64,000 nucleotides of DNA, from contig NW_003314261.1 in the NCBI RefSeq assembly GCF_000143415.4, positions 6,790,817 through 6,854,816 of the forward strand, given 5' to 3'. The translations under genes and the position numbers were made by a program. The notes under the pieces were generated by a model. That model was given only the letters and a program-made list of their open reading frames with translations. It was not told the DNA's origin and did not search any database. Below, in pieces: positions 25,829-38,300 of this stretch. Each line of letters starts with the position of its first letter. Positions within the stretch are counted from its first letter, which is position 1. This stretch comes from Selaginella moellendorffii (Eukaryota > Plantae > Lycopodiophyta).

Positions 25829-27124
25829 ATGGCCGCCGCTCCTCCTCCCGCGGCGCCCTCCTCTTTGGAAATCGTGTTGGGATCGCTGGATCGCGGGGCT
25901 GCTGCCAGCGCTGGCGAGGAATCGTTCCTGCTCCTGCCGCTGTGGAATGTGAGCCATGGTGGGGCCGAATCGCAGGAGATCGGAGATGTGTCGTTGCGCA
26001 AGATCACGGTGCTGTCCGGCGCTTTGGCTTCCAAGGTGAGTAATGAGGAGGCGCTCGTGGCAAGCATTCCGAAAGCCTCCAAGTCTAAAGTTTTAGAGCT
26101 GCTCAAACATCATCTGCAGAATCTTAGACATTTTGGCAGCAGTAGCAGTAGCAGCAGTGACGGCGGTCTTCTATTCTCCGGCCTAGTGAACGACCGGGTA
26201 GTCCAGGATCAGGAGCTCAGGAATTTGCTCAAGCAAAAGTCCAGGGGAATCAGTCGAAGACTTGTGAGCACTGTTCTACGATGGTCTGTCAGTGTCGGGT
26301 TTTGGGATCCAGTTGCGACGCTTTTGGAGTGTGGATTGGTTTCTTCCAACGAGAATCCAGAGATCATCGACAGGATTGTGGAAGATGGCAACGTACCGCT
26401 GGTTCTTCTCTGCGTTCTTTCCGTCCGTGACATTCGTCCTTCCCAGTGGTTGGAGATACTGAAACTCTTTCTCGCCAACAGCAAGAAGTTTGCCAAGTTC
26501 TTCCAGCTCCAGCGGCAAGTTTGGCATGAACTCGTCTCCAACCACATCCAGGACGCTGTGAGGCTTCGAGGGGAGATCTCCGCGGATGGAAACCAAACCG
26601 AGGAGTTCCTAGCTCGTAAAAGGGAAGAACTGGCGCTCAATGTGGCAGCTTGCGTCAACCTGGCTGTTGCTTTCGACAGATTCACAGCGTCCGAGCTGTG
26701 CCTCCACATCTTTCTCAGCGCCGACCACGATGAAGCTGTTCTAACCGCCATAGTCTCGGAAGAGCTGGACACCTCTCAAGTTTCGATACTTCTTCGTTAC
26801 CTCAACAAGTGGCTGGAAGTTTTCTCCTCGAAGATGATCCACGCTCGGGAGATGGATCAAAGCTTGGTACCGTCGCTGCAAACAATCATCCGCTGGATCT
26901 CGACGATTCTAGAGATCCGATACGCGAGTCTGGTGATAGCACGCGACTTGAGCAAAGATCTGGGAGAGACGGCGGGTCTGGTGAGCTCACTACTGGCCGT
27001 GGGTGGAAAAATGCGAAGCATGGAGGGTGTGCTCCAGCATTTGATCTCGCGAACAGCGCTTCCCGGCGAGAAGCTGGGAGTTCAAAGCTCGGAGCACATA
27101 ATCGAGTACCTGGAGATCAGCTAG
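25829..27124 (+). CDS. NOL11/Utp8-like nucleolar protein, intronless
   Basis: Long helical ORF with C-terminal LLRYLNKWL...VPSLQTIIRWISTILE and terminal HIIEYLEIS, resembling NOL11-type C-termini. Telo-boxes at ~25791-25811. Confidence 0.55.
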   Translation: MAAAPPPAAPSSLEIVLGSLDRGAAASAGEESFLLLPLWNVSHGGAESQEIGDVSLRKITVLSGALASKVSNEEALVASIPKASKSKVLELLKHHLQNLRHFGSSSSSSSDGGLLFSGLVNDRVVQDQELRNLLKQKSRGISRRLVSTVLRWSVSVGFWDPVATLLECGLVSSNENPEIIDRIVEDGNVPLVLLCVLSVRDIRPSQWLEILKLFLANSKKFAKFFQLQRQVWHELVSNHIQDAVRLRGEISADGNQTEEFLARKREELALNVAACVNLAVAFDRFTASELCLHIFLSADHDEAVLTAIVSEELDTSQVSILLRYLNKWLEVFSSKMIHAREMDQSLVPSLQTIIRWISTILEIRYASLVIARDLSKDLGETAGLVSSLLAVGGKMRSMEGVLQHLISRTALPGEKLGVQSSEHIIEYLEIS

Positions 27125-27764
27125 ACAAGTTCTTGCGAGTGAGTTTTCTTTTCTTTCTTTCTTCTTTTCATCAAATTTTGTCTACGAGGATTTCTCGAGT
27201 TCTTCCTATAGCTGCGAGGATTTTACCCAGTTCTCTCGAGCTCTCTTCACGGCTGCCCGGGCTTTGATCACTTCGGCCTCGGAAAATTGGAGTTCTTTGA
27301 TTCCCAGAGGCCCGGGCTTGAGCACATCCATCACTCCTTGGAGCTCGCCTTCGCGTTGTCTGGAAAAATAAAAGATCTTTCATCAATCCATGGAAGAACA
27401 TCATCGCTACCCAAAACTTATACCTCAATTGCGAGACCACTGCCGCCACGAAATACTCCATTGTCTTTCGCGCTGACATGATAAACCCTAAAACTTCAAG
27501 CAAGGGTTTTTATCTTTTACCTTGAAAGTTACCCAAGGTCAAAGAATTTATTTGGCGGAGGTTGGGGTTTTTGTTCTCCAGAGAGGAGAAGCGAGCATTT
27601 TGTTTTTGGCGGTGACGATGAAGGCGCGCGACATAGGTGCCGCCGACAACGCCACCAGAGCGATCGCCAGCGACGGCGCCACGGAAACATCATCAGCAGT
27701 GAGGTATGGATCGTGATTTCGCTGCGCCGGCTGCTGCTACTGCTCGGCGGAATCGATTCCATCC

Positions 27765-29915
27765 ATGGCGCTGTCCGTGTGTGAGGAGTACCGCGCGCTC
27801 GTCGACAAGGCCTACAACAAGTTCTCGCGGCTGCGAGATTTCCCTCCCTACGGCCAGAACAAGTGGGATTTCTACTTCCGCAAGGCATTCCAGGTGTACA
27901 CCAAGCTGTGGAAATTCCAGCAGGATAATCGCCAGAAGCTCGTCGAGGCAGGGCTCAAGCGCTGGGAGATTGGCGAGATTGCCTCTCGGATCGGGCAGCT
28001 CTACTACATCTACTATCTCCGCACGAGCGATGCTACTTTCGTGAAAGAGTCTTACATCTTCTACGAGGCCATTCTCAGCCGTGAGTATTTCAAGGAACCA
28101 GGCAAGGATATAACGCTCGCGAATAAGCAGCTCAGATACTTCGCTCGATTCATTGTCATATGTTTGCTACTTAACAGGTGGGATATGGTGAATCGCCTTG
28201 TCAGGCAACTCCATATCCTCGTCGAGGACTACTCGAGCTCTTTCCAGGTATCGATCATGGGGGAAAATACCTGAAAAGTTCCTTTTTTTTCTACTTACTT
28301 TTCGCTGTTCCTTACAGAATAGTGATGTCAAGGAATGGAAAACCGTCACGCAGGAGATTGTCCGTTTTCTAAAGGCCGATTCCTTGGCTGAGCTGAGCAG
28401 GCCTATTCGATACATCTCGGCTCTCGATGGTCAAGTTTCCTCCTTTCCTAGTGTCTCCAAGTTGGAGGGACACAAAGCTCTGAGGCTCAAGAATGCTGTT
28501 CTCGTGAGCTATTTCCATAATGAGGTACGTGGTTTGACTCCTTTTGCTGCGGCGGGATGGTGGTAACTTTAATGCTTTCTGGTGCCAGGTGAAGTTCAGC
28601 GAGCTGACACTGGACAACTTTAGAATGCTTCAATGTTTGGAATGGGAGCCTAGCGGGTCTTTCTATCGCATGAAGTCCGCGACGGATTCAAATGCTGGAG
28701 GGTTGCTTGCTCAGGATATAGCTGATCCGACTCTTCCTGCCAACCCTCACAAATACATTCTATATCGTCCCAACATTCACCAGCTGCTTATGGTAAGAAG
28801 TGATTTCTTTCGTGCGTGCGCTTCTTGCTTATGGTTTTTCTTGCAGGTTTTAGCTACTGCTTGTGAGGAAGTGCCTCCAGACTCTGCAGTATTGCTGTAT
28901 CTGTCAGCTGCAGGTACTCGAAATTTTCTTGTGTGACACATCAATTCGTGCTTCGATTGCTTTCCAGGAAGATCCCGTGCTGGTTCCCATGACAGGAGCG
29001 GTGTTTCTACTCAATTTTCAAAGGAGGCTTCAAGCACAGACTCATCCCCCGATCGCTCCGACGCTCTTTTAGAAGAGACTCCTGTTTCTGCCGGCAGTCC
29101 TAGGCGACGAGTTGATGGATCGACTGGCTTATCGCTTGGACGACGAGGAAGCAACGTCTATCCAGGCGACTTGCTTCCATTTACAAGGAGGCCGCTGTTT
29201 ATCATCGTCGACAGTGACGCTAGCAACATATTTGAGGTACCTCGCTTATGCTTTTTGGAAACAACATTACTCTGGTTTGTCACTCTTTGCAGTCCTTGTG
29301 CGGTGACGAAAGAGGCGAGCCAGTGGTGTTACTTCTTTCGCCAACCGCAAAGCCATACACGGCAAAGCACCCAGGTGCAGGCAGCACCTTCACCTTTTTC
29401 CTCACTGCGCCTTTGCAAGCCCTTTGCCAAATGACAAATGTGCGTGTCACTGAGCTCCAGCAGGTATGGAAGATTGAAAATGGTGTCAACATTTTTCCTT
29501 CCTTACGTTTTCCCTCTTCTTTTCCAGGGAAGTTACGAGCAGGCCGAAAAGATGGTGTCGAGCACACTACTGGAATTGGGAAACTTGCTGGCTTCTTCCG
29601 GTAGCCTCAACGTTGCCTGGGGACGTGTCTTGGGTGATCCATTCCTTCGTCAGCTCCTTTTCCGGTAAGTTTGTCACTTCGAGTTTTCTATCTTAGCTGA
29701 GAATCGCCGTCTCGCCTGCTAGATTCGTGTTTGCTCGCGCTTGCTACTCTTTGCATCGACTGTACGTAGGAAAGAGCGAGTATTATCCTCGATGCTTGCC
29801 GCCGCTACCAGAGGAGGTACTGCCAAGATCTAGAGTGGTAGAATTGAGCGTTTTACAGGTCGCGAGATTGTTGTGCGTCGCGGACCAATTTATTTTCTCG
29901 GAGAACGGCTCGTAA
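27765..29915 (+). CDS. SCAI: SCAI family protein, multi-exon
   Basis: FQVYTKLWKFQQDNRQKL, GLKRWEIGEIASRIGQLYY.YYLRTS, VKFSELTLDNFRMLQCLEWEP, NPHKYILYRP, PGDLLPFTRRPLFIIVDSD, FTFFLTAPLQA. Confidence 0.93.
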
Positions 29916-29959
29916 GAAGAAAAGTTGGATTGATGATCTCCGTCGTTGTGCGTCAACCT

Positions 29960-30500
29960 TTAAACAAGAAAGCCCTCGCTCCAAGGACAGTGGTAAGTTC
30001 TTCACGAAGGACAACTACATCATGCTGGCTCGCTCCACATACCGGAGGAGGAAGCTCTACCTTGAGAATCCTTTCCACAACGTGTAGGAAGAGATTCATT
30101 TCAAGTATTGGGATGACTGGTCCAGGGCTTGCATTTTCAACAACAGGATCGCGGTGTGCTGCTCACGTCCAACTTGACACCATGAGGATCGGTGGTTGAC
30201 AACAAGATTTTTTGAATGGACACGAGTCTGATTGAGTTTGATACCGCAACTAATTCTTTTCTCGTATTATGCCTTGCCCGAGGATGGCGAGGATATCTAC
30301 CTCGCCGCTTGGAAATCCAAGCTCTATGTAATGATGGTGATTACCAATTGTGGCGAGCGTAAGGTTCAGATCTTGGTGACCAGGCTTGCGGGCGGGTATC
30401 TGATAATTACGACATCGAGTTCATTGGTCAAGATGGGAACTACCTGAATTTTTGTGGGGAGGATGTCTACTTGCTTCTCTTTTGACATGGATGCCGGGAC
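29960..30500 (+). pseudogene. Possible F-box-associated domain remnant
   Basis: Frameshift-broken segments LIEFDTATNSF and YYALPEDGEDIYLAAWKSKLYV resemble plant F-box-associated strands; stops present. Confidence 0.25.
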
Positions 30501-30882
30501 TTGAGACAAAAACATCGACACCTCTGCAGATACATCTGTCACTTGATTGATATACACTTTTTAATTTTACTTTGCAACTACATTGCTTTGCTTGACTCGA
30601 CTCAATTCAATATTTGATGTCTCAGGTTGCTCGGGGCTTCTTTCGAGGCCTTGAAGCACTATGTGGACGTCTATAGTCTTAAAACCTCGTTGCTTTAGGA
30701 GCATTGGTTTGAAGGCATTACGGGCAGCGGTAGGGCAAACTTCTAGCCTATTTCAACAAATGCTATGCAAAATTCCGTTTCTCGTAAACATGTTTGATGT
30801 TTGGAGCTTTACGAAGTCGTGGATTCTCCAAGGGAATTTAGCCATGGGATCAACATCTATTAAATACCACACCGAAACATAT

Positions 30883-32084
30883 TTAAAGAGCGCATCCAGA
30901 GGTAGTACATCTGTTCCATATAGGGCAGCAAATAGGCTTGGACTTCGGAGGGCAGCACGCAAAGTTTGGTTTGAACGAAATAAAGCTGCAGCTAATCCTC
31001 TTGGAGCACGGAACTGGGGGTGATGGCGGTGGTCGAGGAGGCGGCGGTGGCGGAGATGGTGGTGGCGGTGGTACCTTCGCTTTGACAGGAAAGTAGACGA
31101 AGCCATTCACTCCGCATCGACCCAGTGGCAGGCCATGGTTTCCACGCTGCAGCCTCATGTAGCCTTTCTCTCCCCAGCTTGTCCCCGCCGAGTTTTTGAT
31201 GATCCAGTAGTCCTGGCCGTTTTCGGATCCATATCCGACGATGAGCACTGCTAGATACGGAGTTGCCTGGTCGTCTTTGCACGGGCCCTTGTAAATCCCC
31301 TGCATTTTTAGTTCAAAGGCTTCAGCGAGTTGTCCTTCACAAAAGATAAAATGACTTTTCTCATACCCCTTTGTAGCTAAGGAACTCCGGCGCATTGCCA
31401 TCGATTAGAGCTGTCACGGGTTGCTTGGCAACCTGCTTGACGATGTCAGTGTCGTCGCTGGAGCTGTAGAAATTGTCGTAATTGTCAATGCCTACGGAGT
31501 TGCGGTTCTGGAAGAGCACAACTTTTAGTAAAAAACAATGGAAACAGGAGAGCACGCACGCACTTACGTGTTTTCGGCAGGTGCCATTGAATCCTGTGAA
31601 GGGGTAATCCGATGCGGTGGAGAGGCCATTCCCTGTGTCGACGACGTACTCAAATGCGTTCTGGGGAAACCCGCTGTGGCAGCCATCGGTGCCGTAGCTC
31701 CGGGAGCAATCCAGCAGCTGCTGCGCCGACAGCTCCACCAACACTCCAGTCGCAATCTTGTTGATTCCCTCGATGGCTTCTGCCGCCGCGAATGCCCAGC
31801 TGCCATCTGTAACATGATTTTAAATCCAAACCACAGGCTAAAACATAAATAGAGAGAAAAACCGACTTACTCTGGCATCCTTTACGATCTTTCACAGGTG
31901 TGACGGCTCCCAAAGTTCTCCAGTCAATGGATTTGGGAGGGTCAGAGCCGACGTCGCCAAACATTCTGATGCCTGCATCACCATCCAGATTACTATCACT
32001 TGTGATAGTACTCCGAAGGGCGGCATTTGCATTTGCAGCAAGCAGGAGGAAGAACGAAATCGAGACCAAGGGATGAGGAGACAT
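30883..32084 (-). CDS. Secreted papain-like (C1A) pseudo-protease with a Pro-rich linker and Cys-rich tail
   Basis: Signal peptide, [57 protein letters not shown]. Exons 32084-31871, 31806-31568, 31507-31367, 31299-30883. Confidence 0.88.
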
Positions 32085-32399
32085 TCTTAGACAGTCGTTG
32101 AAGCACGAGAACGAAGGGCTATAAAAGCATTTCACAACACCCCACGAGGACCATGCGGCTGAACACTTCGTCCATCGTACAACACTTTTGACAGGCTTTT
32201 GTTAGGGCAAAAAAACGTGCAAATGAATGAGGCTCTTTGCCAATGACTCACCACCAGCAGCCGTAAAACCGTGCGCGGATGGTTGTATGCGGCTGCATAT
32301 AACCAGGCATTGTCCAGGTGCCAGCATTGCATTGGCTGAATCGAGGTCTATGCACGTACATGATTAGATATTCCTAGAATATCATCTATGACTAATGGC

Positions 32400-35300
32400 A
32401 TGTTCATGACCCCATACTATGATTCATTTCATGGCCATCATGCGCCAATATGAAAGGTCATGCAAGAAGGATTTAGTCACCCTTTTTATGAATCCAATTC
32501 ATGGATTTTTACCCAAATTATCCACCTTTTCATTTGTTAAGCTCACAATCTCATAACAAAATAGAAGACTAGAGAGAAAATTAATCAAGACAAGTCTGGA
32601 GTGATCAAATTATAGACAAATTGTAGGATAACATATAGACGGTTTTGTGTGTTTGGTTAATTGGACACTTGCATACAATCATCTATATACAGGAGGGTTT
32701 TACACCCACCATTAACTTAGAATTTTTACATTAGAAGATTTTAAAATTTTAATGTTATTCTTTTCACATCAATACTACATTTTTGTAATAAAAACTTTAG
32801 ATAATGCCAATAAGTTAGTCAATTTAATAATACTTTGTTCACACCAGCCATTAAATTATACTTAAAAGTGATTTAGAAACACATCTCTCAGAAATGTTGA
32901 GCATGTGATAGAAGAGAGGATTCCACAAACAAGGAATCAAAATTTCCCTTGTGTGAGAGGGAGAGAAGCCATGGATCGCGAAGCAAGAACTTCCTTGATC
33001 ACTGGCACTGCAAAAACAAAGATCTCTATAGAAGAGGAGGGAACACAGTCTTGGGTTTTAAGTATTTTCAAAATGCCAGTGGCGCCAACATGTTCTAGGG
33101 CCGCCTTGTTCTCAACACTTTGGACGGCCGATTCAAGCCAGTAGTGGCAGCAGCAGCGGTAGCAAAAGGTGGCAGCAATCACGAAGATCTTGGCTCCAGC
33201 CACCCCCATCCGCATCAATCTCCCTTGCCCTCTTCGCACCACCTCCTCTATCTCCCCCCTCCTCGAAAGCGGCAGCGGCAGAGGAGAGGAGTGCCACGGC
33301 GGCAATGACGATGATAGGAGGAGCTTCCACGGTGGCAGCGATGGCGTCAAGCGGCACGGCAGAGCTGAGCAATGCTCTGGAATCTGGTGTTGGGCACAAG
33401 TGCAAGAGCCCCGACGAGCCTAAGAGACTTCTCTAGTGGGGGCAGCGGCAGAGGCAGCGGAATGGGCGTGTCGTGGAAGTGACCAAGGGAGGAGGAAGAG
33501 GCGGCACTTGTGGTCACAGCACCATCACAGCTCTGCCAACAACACTGCCACCAATCACCACCACCACCACCAACACCACCACGAGGAGTCGTCACAGAAG
33601 ATGGCAATCCATGCAAATCGGAGGGTTGTGCGTGTGGAGAAGTAGTAGCAGCACGGCAGCGCTTGAATCTAGCCCAAGTGGTGCCCTATAGAATATTTAT
33701 GGAATTTAATCTTAATGCTACAAAAGTGTAGCATTAGGATTTTAGTGAAAAATGCAAAAGAAATGTTAATTGTAACATTAGCTTACTTTAATGTTTATTT
33801 CTGGTGTGAACAAGTTACCATTAAATTTAGCTATTAGATTAGAGTTTCAAAATCTAATATAATAGTGTGGTGGTGTGAATGAATTACCATTAAATTTCCT
33901 TCTTTAACATTTTTCCTTCCATTCCTTTGTTCCTCTTTTGAAAAAATGGTGTTAAAAAGTATTGGCTTCATGGAACATGGGTGCTCCAAGTTCAAAATTC
34001 TATAATTGAGCATCAAGTGTGTTTGCTATTCTTTGTGTTTATTATTTATGTGTTCCTTTTATTTTAAGGACAAATGTTCTTGATATCCTAGAATATGTTA
34101 GAAAGTGCTTACTTTAAAAGATTTAAACAATCATCATCTTTCTATATTTAAAAGAGCAAGTGCAACATATTTAATCTAGAAATTTTTTTCTTGGGTGGTT
34201 GAGATGGAAAAGAAGTTATAGCAGCAGAAGGTATATTTTCAACAATAGCATTGTTATTATTACTATTGTAATTCTTGAAATGTAAAAGGAAATATTTTCT
34301 TAGTAACACTAGTGCATTTATAACTATAGTGTGATTATTGTTTTTTAGCCAAGTATTTTCAGCTCTTTCTTTTTATTCAATTTTTAACTAAGGAGGTAAT
34401 TCTCTCCTAAGGATGCCAAGCACTAGAGTCTCTTACTACTAATGAAAAACATTTTATGAGCCATGTTTTGGCCCTTTTTGGTGTCTTGGATTGTCTTGGA
34501 GAATATGGTTATATATTTCATGAAAGAAATCTAAATCCTTGAAGTAAGACATTTTTTTTGTATTTGTTAAGCTCCAAAGAAAGTATTCCCCTTCTAAATA
34601 TGAAAGTCTTCATAAGGATAAAAGGTTTAGGCTTTATATTTATAATCTTTCTTCTTAAGAAACTTTCTACTCTAGTATAAGTATCTATCAAACATCTTTA
34701 GTGGAATTAGGGTGTTATCTAAAAAATGCTATAAGTTGCTAAACAAGTCAAGACATTTTATGTCGCGAATGTGACTGTGGATATCGAAAGTTATTTGTCA
34801 ATTAGTTCTTTTGGATATTCTTTCCTTACTGCCACGACAGCAAGAAATTGGTATTGCTAAATCTTTTATTAATCTCCACTTAAGCTAGTTGAGAAACTAA
34901 TCAATGGCCGTGTACTTAAATTGAATAAACATAGGGTAGGAACTCTCATATATTTCTTGCTAAGCATATTTAACCTAGTTTGAGAAACTCTTGTCATTGA
35001 TTTGCATTTGTTAGTGTTGGGAACCCCTGTGATATTGAATTTGGTCCTTCAATATTTACTAAATGATAGCTTACCATGTTTGTCAAACACCCTTGTTATC
35101 ATACACCTTATGTTAGCAGCATTCGGTTTCAATTGTTATTTATAAAAAGTGTGTAGATTTGCTAATTTGGCATATCTATAGAATATAAAGATTGTCTTAA
35201 ATACAATGGTGTTTATCCCATATCCAAATTCGCAATCTAACACCATTCTATATTTAATAAGTTTCAAATTTGTCGTAAAGACTAACTTCTTATACTAAGG

Positions 35301-38300
35301 GTGAAAGATTAAAGCATGTGTTCCTAGGGGGAGGGTGGGGGGGAGTTGCAAGGGGTTCCAAACGTATAGTAGGGATAATAGGTTAGGCATAGTTGATCAA
35401 CCTAAAGCATAGTTTAACTTTAATTTCTGTACCTATCTCTGTTTTGCATTTAATTTAGGTCTAAGTCTAAATTCCACACCATGCTAACTAATGGAATACC
35501 CATATCCTCACAATAGGGCATTAATATGTTGAAATAATGTTACTCCATTTGTTTTTATTTTGTATGTTGGTCTTGGCATTAGGATGTTGGTCACTCTAAG
35601 ATTGTTTTAAGTCGTTCTGTGCTTTTATCCCTTCACTCTTTAGGCTAAATGTTCAAGAGTCACTTCATGTGCCAATTTCTTCACTCCTTGGTTACAAGCT
35701 TAGAAGTTTGGCTCTATTTCTTCATTTAATGGCCCAAGGCATTAAAACTTGGGTTTTGTATCATTGTCTTTAGATATATGGTTATTTTTCATACTAGATT
35801 ATATAAACTTTCGCTTGGGCTCATAAAATAGATGTTAAATGTTCTATTTAATGTTAGCTTATCAGTGGTTTTATAAGTTATTCTATACCATAGGTTAAAG
35901 TAAATCTCCCCTAGGTTTGCTATGAGTGGCGAATAAACTAGTTTGTAGCTATTTAGCACGACAGTAGTGAATCCTTCCTATACATGATTAAGTGAATCAA
36001 TCAAGACTATAATGATTAATTTATTAATTCAAATAGTCATTGCCGCATTCTCTTATAAACTTTTCTTGGATTGGATTAAAGGCAGTGCAAATGCAAGTTG
36101 GAGGTTTAATCAAAGTTGAGTTTGAAAAGAGAGTCATTAGGGACAAAGGATTAAACACGTAAAATATCTTCTCTTCCTCAAGAGATGATTTGCAATGAGG
36201 TGTTAATTTATTACTTATGTTCACATCATATAATCAAGAATCCTTATCTTAATGAATGTTAGTTATGATGGTCTTACAAATGGTGAGTTGTGGGATGAAG
36301 AGTGGTGAAATGCTAAATTATTTTGTCTATGCTTGCTATTAAAGATTACAATGTTTAATTTTTTTTTGGGGAACCTTGTTATTACTCTTTGAATAGTTTG
36401 GTGTTGGATTAGTATTGAGTTTTAGTTAAAAAGAGAGTGGCATAAACTTGTCTATGTTGTGAATAAAAGTTAATGGTGTTGAGTGTTGTAAATCTCTATT
36501 AATGGGGTATGGCATTTATGTTGTATTTTGTTGAATCGAGTTGGCACTTGATACTCACATAAACATTTATAGTAATGATATAGATATTACTCATGTTGTT
36601 GTTCAATTGATAATCAAGTCATTGTATATATATCATATATATGTGGTCATAAGTAATGTGTTTATGAAGTTGCTTTATCAAATGATGATCAACCATAAAG
36701 TGGAGTTTATTTGTATATAGTAGCATTGAAGTAGCTTTAACTAAGTTCTCAATGATGACCCATTATACTAAGCTTAAGTTGGTACTTTGTTTCCTTGAAA
36801 ATTTGTAAAGTGATGGAAAAAGTTGTTCCATTCATTTGCGATAGTTTATTGGTTGATCTGTTAGCACTTGGAGTAGATTGTCAGATGGAAAAAGTGTGAA
36901 ATTAAGGCATTGACATTGTTAGCACTTGTGTTAATAAAAGTGACATTATTATTTTGAGTGATAAAGAATTTTCTTTAAACCTTGATTTTTTATGTCATTT
37001 TTTTAATTAGTGTTTTATCTTCATATTAGATTTTGAAGGTGATTGAAGAAGAGTGTTAATGCAATGTGGATATCCAAAGATATGGTCTTCGTGATTGAGT
37101 CTTGGGTATTTATTTACATTTTTGCAGATATTGATGTTGGCAGAAATTTGGGCATAATATTCAATACTTAAGCATATAGAATTTATTTTGAAGTGAAAAT
37201 TTGTGAAGTTGTTGGTAAGAGGAAGTTAGTTGAAATTTTGTATTTCTAAATTAGGAGTCATTCTTTCTTTAGGATAGAAAATTTTCCACAAATTTTTTTA
37301 GACTATTCCAATGGTTAGTATGCTGGTCAGTTTACTTGTAAACCATTCCATTTTCATAAGTCATTACACATTAGTGAAAGGGTTGAAGTTAACTTCGGTT
37401 AACTTAAACTTTAATATATAGTTTGTATGATGTAACCTAAAAGTGATGTTAACTTTTGGGGCTAAAGGCAATTGAGTTAAATAGAGTCTAGAGTTAGTGT
37501 AAAAAAGTGATTGTTGCACTTTTTTTAAAAAGGTAACTCTTGTACCTTTCTTTTGTAGTATTATGTTTAATAGTAGATTGCACTTTACATTTTTTTTAAA
37601 ATTTTATGAGAGTAGTGAGTTTTTGCTGATTTTAATTTGGTCTTGGTAGCCTTGCACCTTGGTTGAGGACAATGATATCCAACTTAATTGTTTGCAATTG
37701 AAATGTATTTAAATTATATGCCCTATAAGGTTATAAAAGTCATAGGTACCAATGAAAAATTCTTATTTTTATATATAATTATCTCTTGCCACAATACTCC
37801 CTCTATAATGGTTGTAAATCATTTCTATTTTCCTTGCATTGAGGCTTTTATATAATAAAGATGCTCTAGGATCAAATTCCTAAAAGGAAAAATGGGATAA
37901 AGTCTATGAAATTGAATAAAAAAAGTTATAAACATTTCCAAGTAAATTCAAGTAGTCCACTCATACCCAATGTATTTATTTATTTATTCTTTTTTATAGT
38001 AACACTATTAGCAAGTGAATTTCTATATATCAAAAGTATATATAAATTTCAATGATGTTTTTAAAGAAATACATCTATACTAGGTATATTTAAATCCTTG
38101 CTCTCTCTCTCTTCATTTCATTTCATGGAATAAAGTGCTAAAGTAAATAAAGTATAGTTAAGAATTTTATAGGATTGGATTGAAGAGCATTTTTACTTAA
38201 TCAAAGTAAGTATTTTTTATTTTTATTTTCTTTTTTTTTATCTCATCTTTTATAGGTTTTAAAATTTTTTTAGTATTTTTCTTTATCACTTATAGATTAT

